A DNA stretch of 57,300 bases, filler included, from Streblomastix strix (GCA_008636045.1; 2 parts of 2 records of this genome joined end to end with filler, not necessarily neighbours in it); one strand, 5' to 3'; shown: positions 29,841 through 44,830, counted from the whole stretch's first letter. The notes: generated by a model not told the origin, from the letters alone. Program-made: numbers and translations.

Positions 29841-31366
29841 ATGAAAGAAGAGAAAGAGAAAGATTTAAAAATCGCATAAACAAAAATTGAAGAACAAGAA
29901 AAAGAAATTGCGAGACTTCAATCTCTACTAGTACATTCTTCAACATAATAATAACCGTAATAATAATAGTCAAGTATATAAGTAGTTTCAGTACCAACTG
30001 TTGATGAACAAGGCTATTAGTCATATCCAGCTGAACCACCTCCTTAATATCGACAAGCAATATATCAATAACATGCATATCAACAAAAGAAAATTCCTAA
30101 TTAGAATCAAATTTCAACAATTTCTTAAGTACCAATATATCAAACCATTCCTTCTAATACAATGTTAAATTCTGAAGCGATGAATGCAAAACTTAATCTT
30201 TTTTCTGGTGCACAATCTGGTATTATAAAAGAAATATATTTATTTAATTAAATAAACAATCAATTCTTAAATTTCTATAAATTTAATTTAATTTAATATT
30301 TTATCATAAGATTCAATTCCATATGCCGCTTAAATACCAAAAAGTCTTCTTTTTAAAGATGTTAAAGTTAAAGAAGATACTTTTACTTTGAATAATGACA
30401 ATAGAACTACAATTCTGTTCGATCCATTGATTAGTAAAGGAATAATTAAATTTGAAGTTTTGAACGTTAGTAGTTTAGATGGTTATTTCCTATTTATTTT
30501 TGTTTAAAATTGAATAAATAAATTCAAAAATATTTTTAATTTTCAAATTAATTCATTCTTTATAATATTTATGATTATTTATCCAATAAACAGCTGTTGG
30601 AATCGCGGACGAAACTGTGAAATATGGACGAAAGGAATTTCCTTCGGCAAGAGGTATATAATTATTTTATGATAAGGAATAAGATATATAATACAAATTA
30701 TTATCTTTTTATTCTATTAAAATAAATTTATTAGGATATGAGAATATTGTTAGATAACATCAGAAGTATGTTTATTATTCTAAAATTTATTTATTAACTC
30801 TAAAATATTTTATTTAAACTTATTTTTAATTATTTAGCGGTTGGATTGGTCATACTGGCGAATGGATTGAAGGAAATGCAAGGTTCTGGAATGCTGGAGA
30901 CCGTGTTGCATTGGAGGTTTGTATGAATAGAGATAGATTTATTTATTATTAATATATTTGAAAATGAATGAAATTAAGAATTTATTTAATTTTATTATTT
31001 TTATTATCAGATGGACATGGATTCAAGCCCGCGAACGTTGACATTCTTTGTCAATGATGAGGAGCAACCGAATTTTGTAACCAATATTCCTACTGCCGTC
31101 AGATTCTTTGTTTGACTAAACAAGAATTTATTAAATATAATTATATATTAATAATCATTTAAATAATTTTATATTATCATATTTATTTATTAATATTTAT
31201 TTAATAGGTATATCTCGAAGTAAAAGATTAAGCATTTAAAGTTCTGAAATTCGAAGCCTTGTCAGCTCCAACAGCAAAACATTCAACTGGGTCACGTGCT
31301 TGGGAATATGGAACAAAATGGGAGAAGTAAATGAAAGATTTAAGAGAAGAAGAAAATAAGAAATGA
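29841..31366 (+). CDS. Coiled-coil/Q-rich protein with SPRY/B30.2-like domain, paralog A (7 exons)
   Basis: TILFDPLISKGIIKFEV, VGIADET, GDRVALEMDMDSSPRTLTFFVNDEEQPNFVTNIPTAVRFF, GSRAWEYGTKW; GT-AG introns. Confidence 0.75.
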
Positions 31367-31553
31367 TATGATGCTGTTGGAAAGAATGTTTGATTCAATC
31401 TGATTGAAGAAGAATGATCCAGTTTTTGAATTCAACTCTTTAATAGTCAAATGTTGCATTTTTAAACTTTAGTCGTATTTAAAAAAATAAATTCTATTAT
31501 TATTAAATATTAACAATTTTTTATATTGAAAGTTGATTGATCTTGCATTTTTA

Positions 31554-32569
31554 TTGGGGATGTCAAATTGCCACAGGGGGTAAAGTGGGGCAGGGCAAAC
31601 CAGAAATGTGGGTCAGCCTAATATTCAATATAATACAAAAATAAATAGAATTTTTTTCTAAACTTAAAAAATATGAAGAAAAAAATGTGAGTTTATCTAT
31701 CTTCACTAACTACTGTTATTTAGTAGTTTATGAAATATAAAACGGCTTTAAATTAACCTAATTTGTATAAAATTAAATAGTATGTAGTAATATTGTTTTG
31801 ACTTGCTGATTAACGTGAAAATTTGTCTTGAAATTTTTAATAAAATCATATTTGGTGTATAGTCAGGAATATTTTGTTTTGATTTGCAAATTAAAATTCA
31901 AGTATTACTATATAAAAAAGAATTCAATAACTATTTTGAGTGTATAATTGTGAAAGTGTTGGTTAAATGAAAAAATTAAAAAATGCGCACTTTTTATCAG
32001 AAGTAAGTTAAATATCAACAATTATATTCAAATGTGCTAGCAAATATTCATATTAATTAAATAAAATATAGAGAATGGAATAATGAATATTGATATATCG
32101 TGAAACAAGTGGGGCAAGCTTTTAATTGGGGGAATCAGTATTTAATTGGGGGCAAAAATTTAATTGGGGGCAGAATTTTTTAATTGGGGGCAGCTGCCCC
32201 TTTTTATTTTTGTGACATTTATGGGCAATTAATCAAAAAATTAGTAATTAGAAAAGATTTAAAATAGTAATGAGCACATTTTTATACAATTTTGAAATAT
32301 AATGTTGGATTTCTCGTCTTAAAAAGAGCTTGCCCCACTTTGCCCCCAGTTAATTTATATTTTGAGCTAGAAATATATTTGATATCAATTATTATAAATA
32401 TAAATTAATGTGAATAATAAAATACTTTTAATATATTATTAACAAAATTTATAATCATGCTTAGAAGATTTTTTTTTATTTATTTTTTTATTTTTTTTAA
32501 CAAAGTGGGGCAAAAACAAAATCGGGGCAGGGTTTTTAAACGTAGGGCTTGCATTTCTGGAATCACCAA
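31554..32569 (+). mobile_element. Non-autonomous TIR DNA element (MITE-like) with TGGGGC subterminal repeats
   Basis: Imperfect TIRs TTGGGGATGTCAAA ... TCTGGAATCACCAA, many (T)GGGGC(A) motifs including four tandem TAATTGGGGG, and no ORF. No clean TSD was found. Confidence 0.65.
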
Positions 32570-33409
32570 TTTATTTATTTTCTGATACAGTAAAGAAATA
32601 CATTTGTTGAATTTTCACCAATATTGATTTGAAATTAATTTATATCAAGTTTTTCTTTCTGAAAAAAATAGATTTATTATTGAATGAAAGATAATCTTGG
32701 TAAACATGCAAGTACATTATAATCTAATAATAATAAAGATGAAAAAATGACTTAAAATGAAGAATTTAAGCTTGAAAATAATTCTTAAAATATTAGGGTT
32801 TCAAAACTTGATGTTGTTATTCCTTCATCAAATAGTAATTAATAATTGAATAAATAATTTAATATCGTCATAATAAAATAAAATTTTGATGATTTTAACA
32901 ACTAAATTTTAGAGGATGTATAATAATATTCAACAATTCCGCCTTTATTGAGTGATTGCCATCAACTATTTGAATTGATTCATCTGGCCATTCCCCAAAC
33001 AATGTCTACAATGGGGTGGCCATTAAGAAAAGCAAAAAAGAAAAGTAGAACAAGTTGAAAAATCCGGACTCACATCAGGAGATCCAGCAGAAAAAATGGG
33101 CGAAGTGTTGTTTAAAATATAAACTGGGTGAGAAGAGAACCAACAACAGAAACTCCCCTTAAACAAATGATATATAAGAGTAAAAAACAAAATAAATGAC
33201 TACGTAATTAAGCATAGAAGTACTCGCATCGAACTAAAAGATTAAAGTTAAATTAAAAAACGTTAATTAAACTAAACAATATAAAATATTAAAGTTAAAG
33301 CTGGTTAAAATGTTGAATAAAATGGTTAAAAATTAAATAAAATGGCCAAAAAGTAAAAAATATCTTTGCATCTAGTTTCAATTCTGTCTGCGAACTGCGT
33401 GAGCATATC

Positions 33410-33900
33410 CTTCCATGAATGATGCTGTATTTGTGAATGATTGTTTTAGTCATATGTTAGAATAAAATTTCTTCAGATAATTTACAAAATTTGAGTTATG
33501 GGCTGATAATGGAAGAAATTTCAGATCTTCTTATTTTTATCATCTACTTTTCTCCCCTTCATCATATATTTCAAAATTTGGCACTTTTTCCATGAATTTC
33601 TTCGGAGAAAAACACGGAAAAAGCAAGGCTGATTAATTCTTTGGATTATTTAGTAGATACCTGAGTAAACAGAAATGGGAATTTATTATTTAATCTGTTT
33701 TTGAATTATTTAGAAGGCTTATTAAATGGAAATTTATTCGTGGAAAAGAAGGTCAATTATATGATATTGAATTTTTCTTATATGATAGATTCGAGGGTGA
33801 CTTATCGGTAGGAAAATTGTTGATTGTAAAGTAGGAAGATTATCTATGTTTAAAAAAATTGATAATTTGATAATTGGATAGCTTTTTACAGATGAATTAA
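33410..33900 (+). pseudogene. Remnant of a Sola2-like DDD transposase
   Basis: MNDAVFV...ELWADNGRNFRSS...MNFFGEKHGKSKADQFFG matches the WSD..G..F and HGK..D motif order. The flanks are decayed. Confidence 0.5.
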
Positions 33901-35023
33901 TTGGATAGTAAGATTTGGAATGTAAAAATTAATAAGAAAAATGGAAAATAATAAGTAAAAAAGCACCAATTAAAAATATAAATGAAAAGAAAATATTTGG
34001 AGATAAAACGAAAGAGAAGTTGTTGAGCCGATTATCAAAATTAATGAAATGCAAATAATGAAAATAAAATATTTCATATCTTCTATATTTATTCCAATTA
34101 TAACTATAAAATTAATTGTAATTATCAATTTTATTCTTATCTTATATTTAATTTTAAGCTCGTATATACAGTATATTCCATTTATTCTATTCATTTAATT
34201 GTTATTATATCCTGATAAATATAAAATAAATAAATAAAATAGTTTTAAAACATCATAAAGATACAGAAAAAAATGTTTCACTCCTTTAAATTTGTTAGTA
34301 AAGAAATATTCACATATTTCTTCTTTTTGAACTGTTACTGCAACAAGTGATTTGGCTCATGACTATGAAAAAATATTAATAAATATAAAAAATAACAATA
34401 TTAATCACAGATTGAAAATTATTCACAAAAATAGTCTATTAAAATACTTATTTATATTTCATTAAATTGATTTTTTATATAATTATATTAATAATATATT
34501 TATTCACTCTATTATTATAATTTAAGATCTAAATAATTAATTATCTAAAAAAACGTTACAGTTTAATAGTTAATTGGGATGACAAACTTGAAAATTAAAA
34601 TTAGCTCTTCATTGTTTTTGTTTAATAAAATATTAAAAATTAAATTGAAATATTTTTGAATTTCGGATTTGTAATTATTAGAATTTAATCGTTATGTAAT
34701 ATTTTTGTTAAAAAAAATTGTTTCGGTTAAGTTAAATGTAAAAATAGCACAATTTATCATTTTTTTTCTTTAAAAAATAAATTGTCGATTGAGAACTTGT
34801 TAAAGTTTTAAACTTTTTGATAAATAGAAAATTAAAGAACAATACTGTTTTTATTTGAATAATTGTTATTTGAAAATATCTTAGCTGAATAACTAGTTAA
34901 GAATCCTAAATTAAAAATTTTAATAACAATTTGAAAACTTTCACATTGACTGAAAATTTGATATATTTCAATGTGTTAAAAATATTATTTATAAAAAATA
35001 AAAGCGTTTCGTATTGCAGCATG

Positions 35024-36265
35024 TAAGCCTGTTAAAAGGTGACATGGGTGACACGGAAAAAATGATCTGGATGTCACCCAATGTTGCTCATGTCACCTTA
35101 TTATAAAATAACAAAAAATAAAAATTATTAATAATATTATAAATTACTTTTATTTAATATAATTTGACATTAAAAATAGTAAAATATTGTATATATATAA
35201 AATTCAAACGAAAATATTCATATATTTAGTTCTAATTATGATAAAAAATATATAAATTTGACAAAAAATTTGTTCATACATTGAAGTGTAGCTAAATTAA
35301 AGAGTTTTTATTATATTGACATAATGCAATTTAAATATAAATAAAAATATAAGCATATTTAATTAAAATAGTATAAAAATATGATTTATAAACTTAAAAA
35401 CAATAGATTCAAAAATTGTTTGATTTGATTGTAATTCTATAATTAATATCAGATTATAACTATATATTCTAATAAACAAAAATAATAAAGTAGAATAGAT
35501 AATAAATAAATAAATTAAAATCAGATTAATTATTATTATGTTTCATGAGAAAATTCAATTATAACAGAAAATTTATTCAATTGCAGAATTCTTAATATGA
35601 AGCAAATAATTTTTAGTTAATATAATATAAATAAACCTATAATATTAATTTAAACAATATATATAGGTCACAATGAATTGGGTAGGGTGAGTGTTAAAGA
35701 ACAAATCCAAGATTTGGGAATAGAAGTATTCGACAGCCCCATGTTTTGAATAATAGTTGGTTGAATGACAAATGTAAAATGGTTATTGTCACATAAATTT
35801 CTTTTTTGATGTAATAAAAACAAACTGTACGCGGAGCCAGGCCTAGGGTTACATGGGTGACACGATTTATTGGGGTGACATGGGTGATATAGGTGACAGG
35901 TGACGTGTCACCCGTCACCCCGAAGAAAAGTATAATAATTAACATATATTAATATATATTTCTTTATTAAAATTAAATATGTACTATATTACAACATTTA
36001 TATTTAATATAATATTGCAGATATTGAAAAAAAAATTTTTTCTATTTGTTTGTATTTGAAATTTTTTTAAAATGTTCTAATTTGAATGATTTTATAATAT
36101 TATTTTGTAACATTATTTTTATTATTAACTTAAAAATTTGAATATATTGAAAAAATATTTTAAATTTTTTTATTGTTTTATTTGAGTTTTCAACTGTCAA
36201 AATGTCACCCTAATGTGACCTTGGCGGTCACCCTCGAAAGGATTTGTAACTTTTTTACAGCCTTA
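35024..36265 (+). mobile_element. hAT-type non-autonomous element (1242 bp)
   Basis: Perfect 8-bp TSD GCAGCATG (35016-35023 and 36266-36273), imperfect TIRs TAAGCCTGTTAAAAG / TAAGGCTGTAAAAAAG, and clusters of GTGAC/GTCAC motifs. Confidence 0.85.
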
Positions 36266-36623
36266 GCAGCATGATTATTATACCAGCATTTCCTGCTTGT
36301 TATTTGAATAGAGCCAATTCTCTTTTAATCAAATTATCATTCATCTATTTAGAATATCCACCTGCGATTTCTCCTTTTTCATGAGCATCTCAAGTAATGA
36401 ATTCACATTCCATTGATTTGATCTATTCTTTTACTGCAGATCTGTCTTAATATAAAGAAACCAATTTTATTGAATGATTCAATCTTTTATATTTTCACTC
36501 GTTATTCAATAGTGAATTGATGATTATAAATAATAACATGAACATGGCTTGAATAATAAGTACTGACAATAATTGTAAATTTAAATAAAAATAACTCTTT
36601 CATTCATACATCAGATTCTTCAT

Positions 36624-38700
36624 TCATTCGTCAGGCCAATCTTTTCCCCAACTCAAATCCTTATGATCCTGTCACTCCATGAGCAGATGAAGAAGAGTAT
36701 CTTTCAAATTTGGTTATTGTGAAGGAAAAATTTGATTAATAGATGCAATACTGGATGAATTAAGTGTGAATGAGAAAGAGATAAAGAAAAATGAATGAGA
36801 ATAATGAAGAAATAAGATATTAATATTAATATTCATTTTTATATAAAATAATAATAAATAATTAAAAGTACCTAGAAGCTAATAGCTTCAGGAATATTAA
36901 TAATTTAATATTTCTGTTCAACATCATCTACGAAGAAAACTAATCTTCTTGGTCTGCTTATCATGTTCACTTCAGCTCCTATTCTTTACCCACATATGAA
37001 TCCTTAATTAGAAACATAACTGATATAGTAAATTTAACCACTGAAAGAATTGAATGGAGAAAAAATGAAAGAAAATAAAATTGTTGAAATGAAGGAATAC
37101 ATATTATTAATTGAAATATAACAATTTATTAATAAAAATAATAAGTAAATTAATATTATAATTAATATTTATGAAATAAATAAAGAATATAAAATATACC
37201 TCATTCAATAGTTAACAGTCTACCCTGAATCTATAAAATAAAAATGAGGAATAAATAAAATAAAATAAAATACTGATATTAAATATTTTATTCATACTTC
37301 CATCTTCCCAAGGTGCTTTATTTGGTTTAAATAAAACAGAGGATTCTGCCATGCTTATAGCAGTATTAAATAGAGAATAAGTAGATAATAAAATAATAAA
37401 ATGATCTTATAAATAAATATTCATAATTATTATTCAATAAGTTCTCCATTCATAATTATTTATATATTCAAACGAAATATTTAGTTTACATCATGCTTCT
37501 CAAATTTTGATTCATAATATACAATTCCTTCTGATAATATTTGATTAGTTGAGATTGTACAAAACTCAACTGTATTATCATGAATAAATCTATTTTCATC
37601 CTTATGTCCAGGCATTCCACTTGGCACCTCAAGATTCACAGTTATTGGTTGTGGAGATGAAGTTACTGAAATAATTGGAATATAAATAAATAAATGAATT
37701 AATATTAATTAATTAATATTAATCATAATTTTCATTTAAAATAAATAAATAATAATAAAGAATGAAATAAGAAGAATATTTGATTAATAAAGTTTTAAAA
37801 ATAATTATTCAATATTAATGTTATTCAAATATAGATTTTCAAATAATAAACTTTATTATTGGATTTACTGAATTTTAGGAACTGGTTTTGGTTATTATTT
37901 TGATGAAGGTTTTGGAACAATCACACTTTGTTATATTTATGCTCCACGAATCACATGAGGTTATACAAAAGACATTTGTTGTAATGAAATCAGATTATAT
38001 GATTATTAAGTATTAGAAGGAATTGGAATTTGTTATTGAACTGGATCAGAAGGAGTTTGTGAAATGATTTAAGTCCTATCAGATTCAGGATCAATGCCAA
38101 TAATTGACTTCTCACTTGATACTGGAAATATGAAATTGATGTTTGTATCTTATATTGATACACTTTTATCCCGTCTCTGTATGGCTGCTTGTGCAGCAGA
38201 AGCAAGTGATCATATTTCTGGTGTGATTTAAGCAAGTGCTTAAGGACCTGTGAAGAATGGTAGTTTGAGCGCATCTGAAGCTGATATTCGATCATTCCTG
38301 TCAAAAGTTAGCATTTTAGATAGTAGCTCTCAGAGAAGGTCATTTTTCAGCTATGCTGGACGGTTGAACTTTTTGTTGAACATGAACCTGATTATTGATA
38401 GTATATTAAATAGAAGGATAAATGAGATAATTAGAATAAATAAATATGATCATTATATAATATTAACATTTAAATATCAGAATTATAAAAATAGGTTTAA
38501 TATGTTTATATAAATAAAGAATATAGAGAATTCAAAATCCAATAGCAAACAGTCTTCTTATCATCAATTATAAAAAATGAAGATTAAATAAATAAATAAA
38601 ATAAAATATTGATATTTCATATTTTATTCATACTTCCATCATCAAAAGGTCCTGTGTTTGGTTGAAATACAATAGATGAGTCAACGATGCCAATACCTGT
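36624..38700 (-). pseudogene. Decayed kinase-C-terminus + SPRY-like gene(s)
   Basis: DRNDRISASDALKLPFFTG (kinase C-lobe tail) and GQRIGAEVNMISRPRRLVFFVDDVEQ...NIPEAISF (SPRY-like), with frameshifts and damaged splice sites. Confidence 0.55.
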
Positions 38701-39104
38701 TTAAAATAATGAATAAAATAAAATTTAAAAAATTATAAATATAAAATTTTTATAAACACATATATTTTTATGTATAATAATAAATAAATAATTATAATTT
38801 TATGACTAGAAATTGTAATTCTTTTGCTAATTTAATTGAAGTTTCAGTTGTAGTATATTTAACTATTTCTCAAACTTATAAATTGTTTAATTATAATTTA
38901 TTAAATCAATTGTTTTAATAAATTTTAGTAAAAAATTAATTTTTTTGATCTCGATAGCGAAGACGTAAAACAATACATTTATTAATTAAATTTTAAATAT
39001 TTTAAATCATGGAATAGTAATTTGTGGATGAAGTTTACTAATCATACAAATGTCTGTGAAAATTATGATTGAAATTAGCTGAACTCATATACCAAAAAAA
39101 AACC

Positions 39105-39312
39105 AAATTTCATCGAAGGTAGGGAAATCAGATCTAGCTGCATCTATTAAAATGATATTTTCTAGAAGATCTTCCTCCTTGTCATTTAAATATTAAGGCC
39201 TACCGTTCTTTCCTGGCTCTCTCCCATCTTGTAAAGCGTGCTCAGCTCGATAATATTAGTATCTTGAAAGAGGCTTAACTTCTTTAGTTTTATTATCTTT
39301 CGATTTGTTCAT
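39105..39312 (-). pseudogene. N-terminal fragment of a CENP-B/pogo-like DNA-binding (transposase-like) protein
   Basis: SRYQYYRAEHALQDGREPGKNGRPQYLNDKEEDLLENII fits a GRP..L...EE..L pattern. Confidence 0.4.
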
Positions 39313-39488
39313 TCATTAATAAATAAAAATATAAAATACAGGGTGTCTATTAATGCCATCTGAGGTCTGGATACTAAGATCCAGAGGTAATTGATTTAAT
39401 TATATATTATAATTATATGTGTTAAGTGTCAATGATAATAAAAATATAAATGAAAAATTAAATTTATAACTTTAAAAAAAAAACCATA

Positions 39489-40536
39489 ATGGGCTAATTT
39501 ATAAAACTTTAGAGGATTGATTGGATCCGTTTTAGGTCCGTTGCGGAAGATTTTTTTCGTAGGGGTGAAGAATTCAATACTATATTCGACATTATGCGTG
39601 CTACATATGGTAAAATCAATCCAGAGAGAGATACCTTGTACCGGTGGGAACGCGTTTTAAATCGACGGGAAATATCGTATATTACACTATATCTCCTGGT
39701 GCATCATAAATTCCTGACCTATCAACTAAAATACTTCTATTAATTAAAGAAAATCCACACATTTCACTTAGACGACTGGCTGGCGTGCTAAATCACTCAA
39801 TTGCATCAATTGGAACCGCGATTGACAGGGACCTGCGAATGAAACGTGTGTCACTCAGGTGGATTCCACATATACTATCGCAAATGAATCTGGATGACCG
39901 TATGGAAACATGATATGAGCTACTGCCATTTCTAAGAAAAATGAAGAAAAATAATTATGTAGGGCTTGTAACGGGTGACGAATGTTGGTTATACTTAAAT
40001 CATCCAACAGATTCAGTATGGATTGGTGTAGATGAATAGACTCCAGAAAGAGCGAGAAAAGTGATAGGATCGCAAAAAGTAATGATAACGGTTTCTTGGG
40101 GCGCTGATGGGATCTGGCACATTCATGCTTTGCCTCATGGGAAATCAATGACTTCAGCCACATTCATCAATGATATATTAAGACCACTTTTTGGTAAAAT
40201 GCATGAGGGTATAGAACATCTTGATTAGGTGTACGTACACTTCGATAATGCAACCAGTCATAATGCAAAACTAACAACACAATATTTAAATGATAACAAA
40301 ATCATTCGAATAGCCCATCCTGCTTATTCCCCAGACCTATCTCCATCGGATTGCTTTCTATTTGGCTATATGAAAGGGAAACTGAAAGGGAATTCATTCA
40401 AAACAGCAGAAGAGGCTGTAGATGCAGCAAAAAAAACCTCTATGAAATTCCTCAATAAATGCTAAAATCATCATTCGACAACTGGTCTACCAGAGCACTC
40501 TACATGAATACTAATGGTGGGAAATACTATAAATGA
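39489..40536 (+). mobile_element. Decayed mariner (DD34D-type) transposase
   Basis: WIPHIL, VTGDECW, KVMITVSW, HFDNATSH and YSPDLSPSD motifs, with several frameshifts and one TGA. A possible left end TA|CAGGGTGTC lies at 39337. Confidence 0.88.
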
Positions 40537-41776
40537 TATATTAAATAAAACCATATGACAAAATGAAGATTTTGTGATGTTTTTATTTTCTATGTTTTTG
40601 GCCTAAAAGAGATTTTAATTTAAATATTCAATTTTAAATAAAATTATAAGTATAATTACAATTTGAATTTAGAAATTTACAAAATAATTCTTTAAAACAA
40701 ATAATTAATACCTGACTGTCATCGAAATGTGATTAATCAAGTTAACATTTATCCTATAGATGAATTAAAAAATAAAAATATTAATATTATGAACTCAAAA
40801 TAAATGTATAATTTCAAACGCTTCAATTTTTAAATTTTGTTCAAATATATAAAAAAATATATTTAATAATATTATTTAACTTAATTTTATATAGATTCGC
40901 GGACAAATTTTAGTAAAAAAAATTTAAATCGATATTTCACAAAAAATTTTTTGGATCTATTTTAATATCTATTTATTTTAATTATATAAAATAAATGTTA
41001 TTCTAAACAATATATTAATAAAATTATAAGTAAATATGAATTACGTGAAAAAAAAAGCAAAAAAAAAATTGATTTTCTATGACACCTGTTGCCGAAAATG
41101 CCGCATATTCTGCTCATTGTATCTGAAAATATTATGAAAAATATTTATAATAATATTAAATAGTAAAATTACTTGAAAGATACCAAAAGAGTAAGATTAT
41201 GAATTTTGCTCCTTTTTAAAGCGAAGGCAAACCGAATAATTTGCAAATTCAACTATTGTTTAAAAAATTATTTTAAATATTTTCAAATAAAAAAAAGACA
41301 TAGGTTGTTTGTTAATGAACACTCCCATTTGAACAGAAAACTAAAATTCTTAGGTATCTGATCTTTTAACCTGTTGATATTAATTCGTTTTATGGCTTTT
41401 TATTTCATTTAATAAATATTATTTCAAAATATGATTTTATTATATTTATTAAATTTTAGAAATTATTATTTAAAATTTAAAATATTAATTTTAGTAATTT
41501 TTAGCTAAATTAAAAGATAGATACCTTTAATTTTTAATATAAAAAATTAAATTTAATTAATAAGAATATAAAAATTTTATATACTAAATAGAAAAGTTAT
41601 CAACTTAATGCAAAACATGTGAATATTTGATAAATATAGAAATAAGAGTAAAAATTTTGATACCAAAATTGTTTTATATATATATTGTAGAATGAAATGT
41701 TTAGTATAATGAATTGTATTTTTTTTGGTGTAAAATTGAAATTTTAACTTTTACGACGTCACATTAATCGAAGACA

Positions 41777-42830
41777 TGGTCTATTTCATAATATAGCTGG
41801 CTGGAGAATCGAGAAATTATTATATAGATGAGAACCAGAACTTGACAAAAGTGCATGTGCTGCTGATTTGGCGACATTTTAACGCAAATCACTCTCGTAA
41901 ATTGAAGGTGATACAGTCACTTTTATAAAGAACCTTAAATTCCATCTTCTACCTAACACAATTTTCTGCGAAATATATCAATGTTCAGAGTCAATATTTA
42001 GTCGATTTACTAAAGAATAGCTCATGAAAAAAATGGAACTTGGAAAATAATCTCGTACGCTAACCAATGAGCAAGAAAATGAATTGATAATGTATTTGAC
42101 AATGGAGTGGCTTGAAGGTCAAATTTCAGTTTGATCAGAGATTACTCAATCAGGCGAGTGTATAAAACCTCTAATTGTTACCAAAAGCGACGTTACTGAT
42201 AAGGATTCATCACATTGAGGCATTGTTCAAAGCAACTGAGCTGTTGTATGCAGTTCAGGAACAGGAAATCTTAGTAGTGATCTGTTCGTTAGATGGCTAA
42301 AGGAGAGCTACTTCCCAGATCTTGATGGTAATAGAGTTGCAATAAAGCAAAGAAACGCATTAACAATTTAATTAACTGATAGCTGTGGAATTCATACGAC
42401 TGATGAAGTTAAGTAACTTCTTGGATAACGTAATGTGAAGATGATATCTTTTCTGGCTAATATCACTCAATTTTTCCAGCCTTTAGATTATCTTTTCCTT
42501 TTCCGTTCTAAAAAGAGCAATTATTTGATCACGTGGGTAGAAACAAAGCTCGTACTATCGCAAAACGTTCCAAATGCATTCGACTTTATTCAAAAACCCA
42601 CTTCCTTCAAAGTAACGTAAGCAGCATTCCGAATTGCTGAAATTGATTTTAATGTCGGTCGTGGTACAATTGTTGCTAAAATTTGTGTTTAAAGATTCGA
42701 TATTTAAATTAATAAATTAACTGCAGATAAAATTATGATATCAGGATTGAGGACAGCTCCTAAGCGAAAAAGTACGAAAAAGCCGATCGGAATCATCTGC
42801 ACTGACTGTTTGAAAAAAAAGAAATAAATA
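41777..42830 (+). pseudogene. Remnant of a pogo/Tigger-like DDE_1 transposase
   Basis: SRTLTNEQENEL, SGECIKPLIV, LFVRWLKESYFP, LITDSCGIH and ANITQFFQPLD, with an internal deletion and TGAs. Confidence 0.7.
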
Positions 42831-44830
42831 CGTTATATCACTTTATAATTCGCACAATATAAATAAACTATATGTTTTGAATTAAGCATTGAAACATTAA
42901 ATGTGTATATTTCTAAACTGCAGCTCCAAAAAAAATAATAGAAAACTTATCATATAATATTGTATATTACAATGTGCTAGAAGAAGTTAAAATATATTTC
43001 AATCAAAAAATTCAACATTTACCTTTGCTTGTTCTAATTATTTGATTAAATTATTAAAAATTATTTAAATATTAAATTGCTTGAAAAGGAAAAACTGATT
43101 CAAATTGCTTCGTATTGGGAGAAACTAAATAAATTATCGGTTATGTTTTACTTTATTGTCGAAGCGATTTACCTCGTTAATTATAGAGATACCGAAGTAA
43201 TTGATTCAAATATAATAAATTTTAAACATTTAAATATATTATCAAGAAACCTTTAATCAAAAGAAAAATATGACAATCAGAATGAAGCACTAATTATGAT
43301 ATAAAGTAAAAGTAACAGCATTTTTCGCATGAATCTTCAAATGTAAATAACCCAAGAACGTAATAGTCAGATGATGTAAATAAAATTTAATGAAGTTATA
43401 TGATAAACTGAGATCCATTCCTAGTTTTTAATAACAAACTTTTAAAATATTGGGTGAAAAATTCAAATTTTTATAATAATTTTATTATTAGTGTCCCTTA
43501 GATTGAAAAGTTTTAGAACAATTAAAATATATGTTTTAGTTGTTATCCAATAAGTGAATAAACTATTTTTTTTTGAAGCAATTGATGGAGAAAGAAAAGA
43601 ATTTTTAAAAATGACTGAAAATTTATCAAATAGGTCTAATTTATAAAGAAACAGAATTCAGCGTGAATATTGACTTGTAAAAAATAATGTTGAAGAATGA
43701 AATGTTTAACAAAATTAGTTCATCAATTCACTAATATACACTAAGTGTTTATTATTGAATGGAAATTTTCACGAAAAAAGATAATTCACTATAAAAGTAC
43801 GCAATAACTTTTAAGAATTAAATGATATTAAGTAGATAAGACTATTCTATAATAAAAAAGGTTAAGTGTAGTGAAATAATGAAAAGTTATTGGAAACTAA
43901 ATGAACCACTCAATGCCAAGTATCAGAAAATTGGACTTCATCGGGGTACATCACTTGGCATCGCATTACTCCAGTTCGTTCAAATGAAGTACACTACTCC
44001 AGTAACTAAGAACCCAATAGCGAAGATCAACAGATTGAAGAGAAAAGTGCTGAAATAGAAAGAAATTAATAAGAGTTATTAATTTGTAATCATAAATGAA
44101 CGTCAAAATAGTTTGTTATGTGTTATGATCAATAATAAATGTTCAATAACTTGAATTTTATTCATATTTCATATATTTTTAATTTCTGCTTTCACAGGTT
44201 AGTAGCAGTTGTTTCGTATATCAAATGAAATTAGTCACCTTGTATTTAATGAGAATTTATTGCATACGCCATCGATTATCTGCTGGTTGTCGAGTTTAAT
44301 TTCTCGATTCCATTGACTAGAAAAATTTTCAAATCAATCATATCATAAATTATTTCTTGATTCGTTATATTTTCTTGGTTTGAAAATATATTTAAATTTT
44401 GTTTTATTTATTAATTTACCTCAAAATATTAGAATTGAATCAAATTCAAATCTCGATCATAACTCTTTAACTATGTAATAAATTTGTAATTAATTTTTTA
44501 TTAATAAAAGAATTTAAAATTAAAACTCATTTTTTTCATAAATTTCAATTTCAATTTTATATTTAAGAGGTTATTTTAAATATTAATTTTCAAACATAAT
44601 TCATCCTTTTTATCGATATTTAAATAGTAAAGTTTAATTTATTTTTTACAATTTGGATATATTTAAATAGATTAATATAACTTTTATAAATTATTTTTAT
44701 ATTAATAACAATTTTGCATTTTTTGTTTTATAATTCTAATTTTTTTTTTAATTTTCTAATTGATTTTAAAGATATCCAATTTATTTTTTCATATTTCTTA
44801 TTTATTTATTTAAATTTGTATAGATAAATT

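Noticed and set aside
32100..36240. TAATTGGGGG and GGTGAC repeat clusters as a CRISPR-like array
   Set aside because: The units are too short and irregular, lack unique spacers, lie inside TIR elements and have no cas genes nearby.
39337..41090. Full mariner boundaries (CAGGGTGTC ... GACACCTG)
   Set aside because: Only ~8 bases match and the right TA duplication is absent, so the ends are not supportable.
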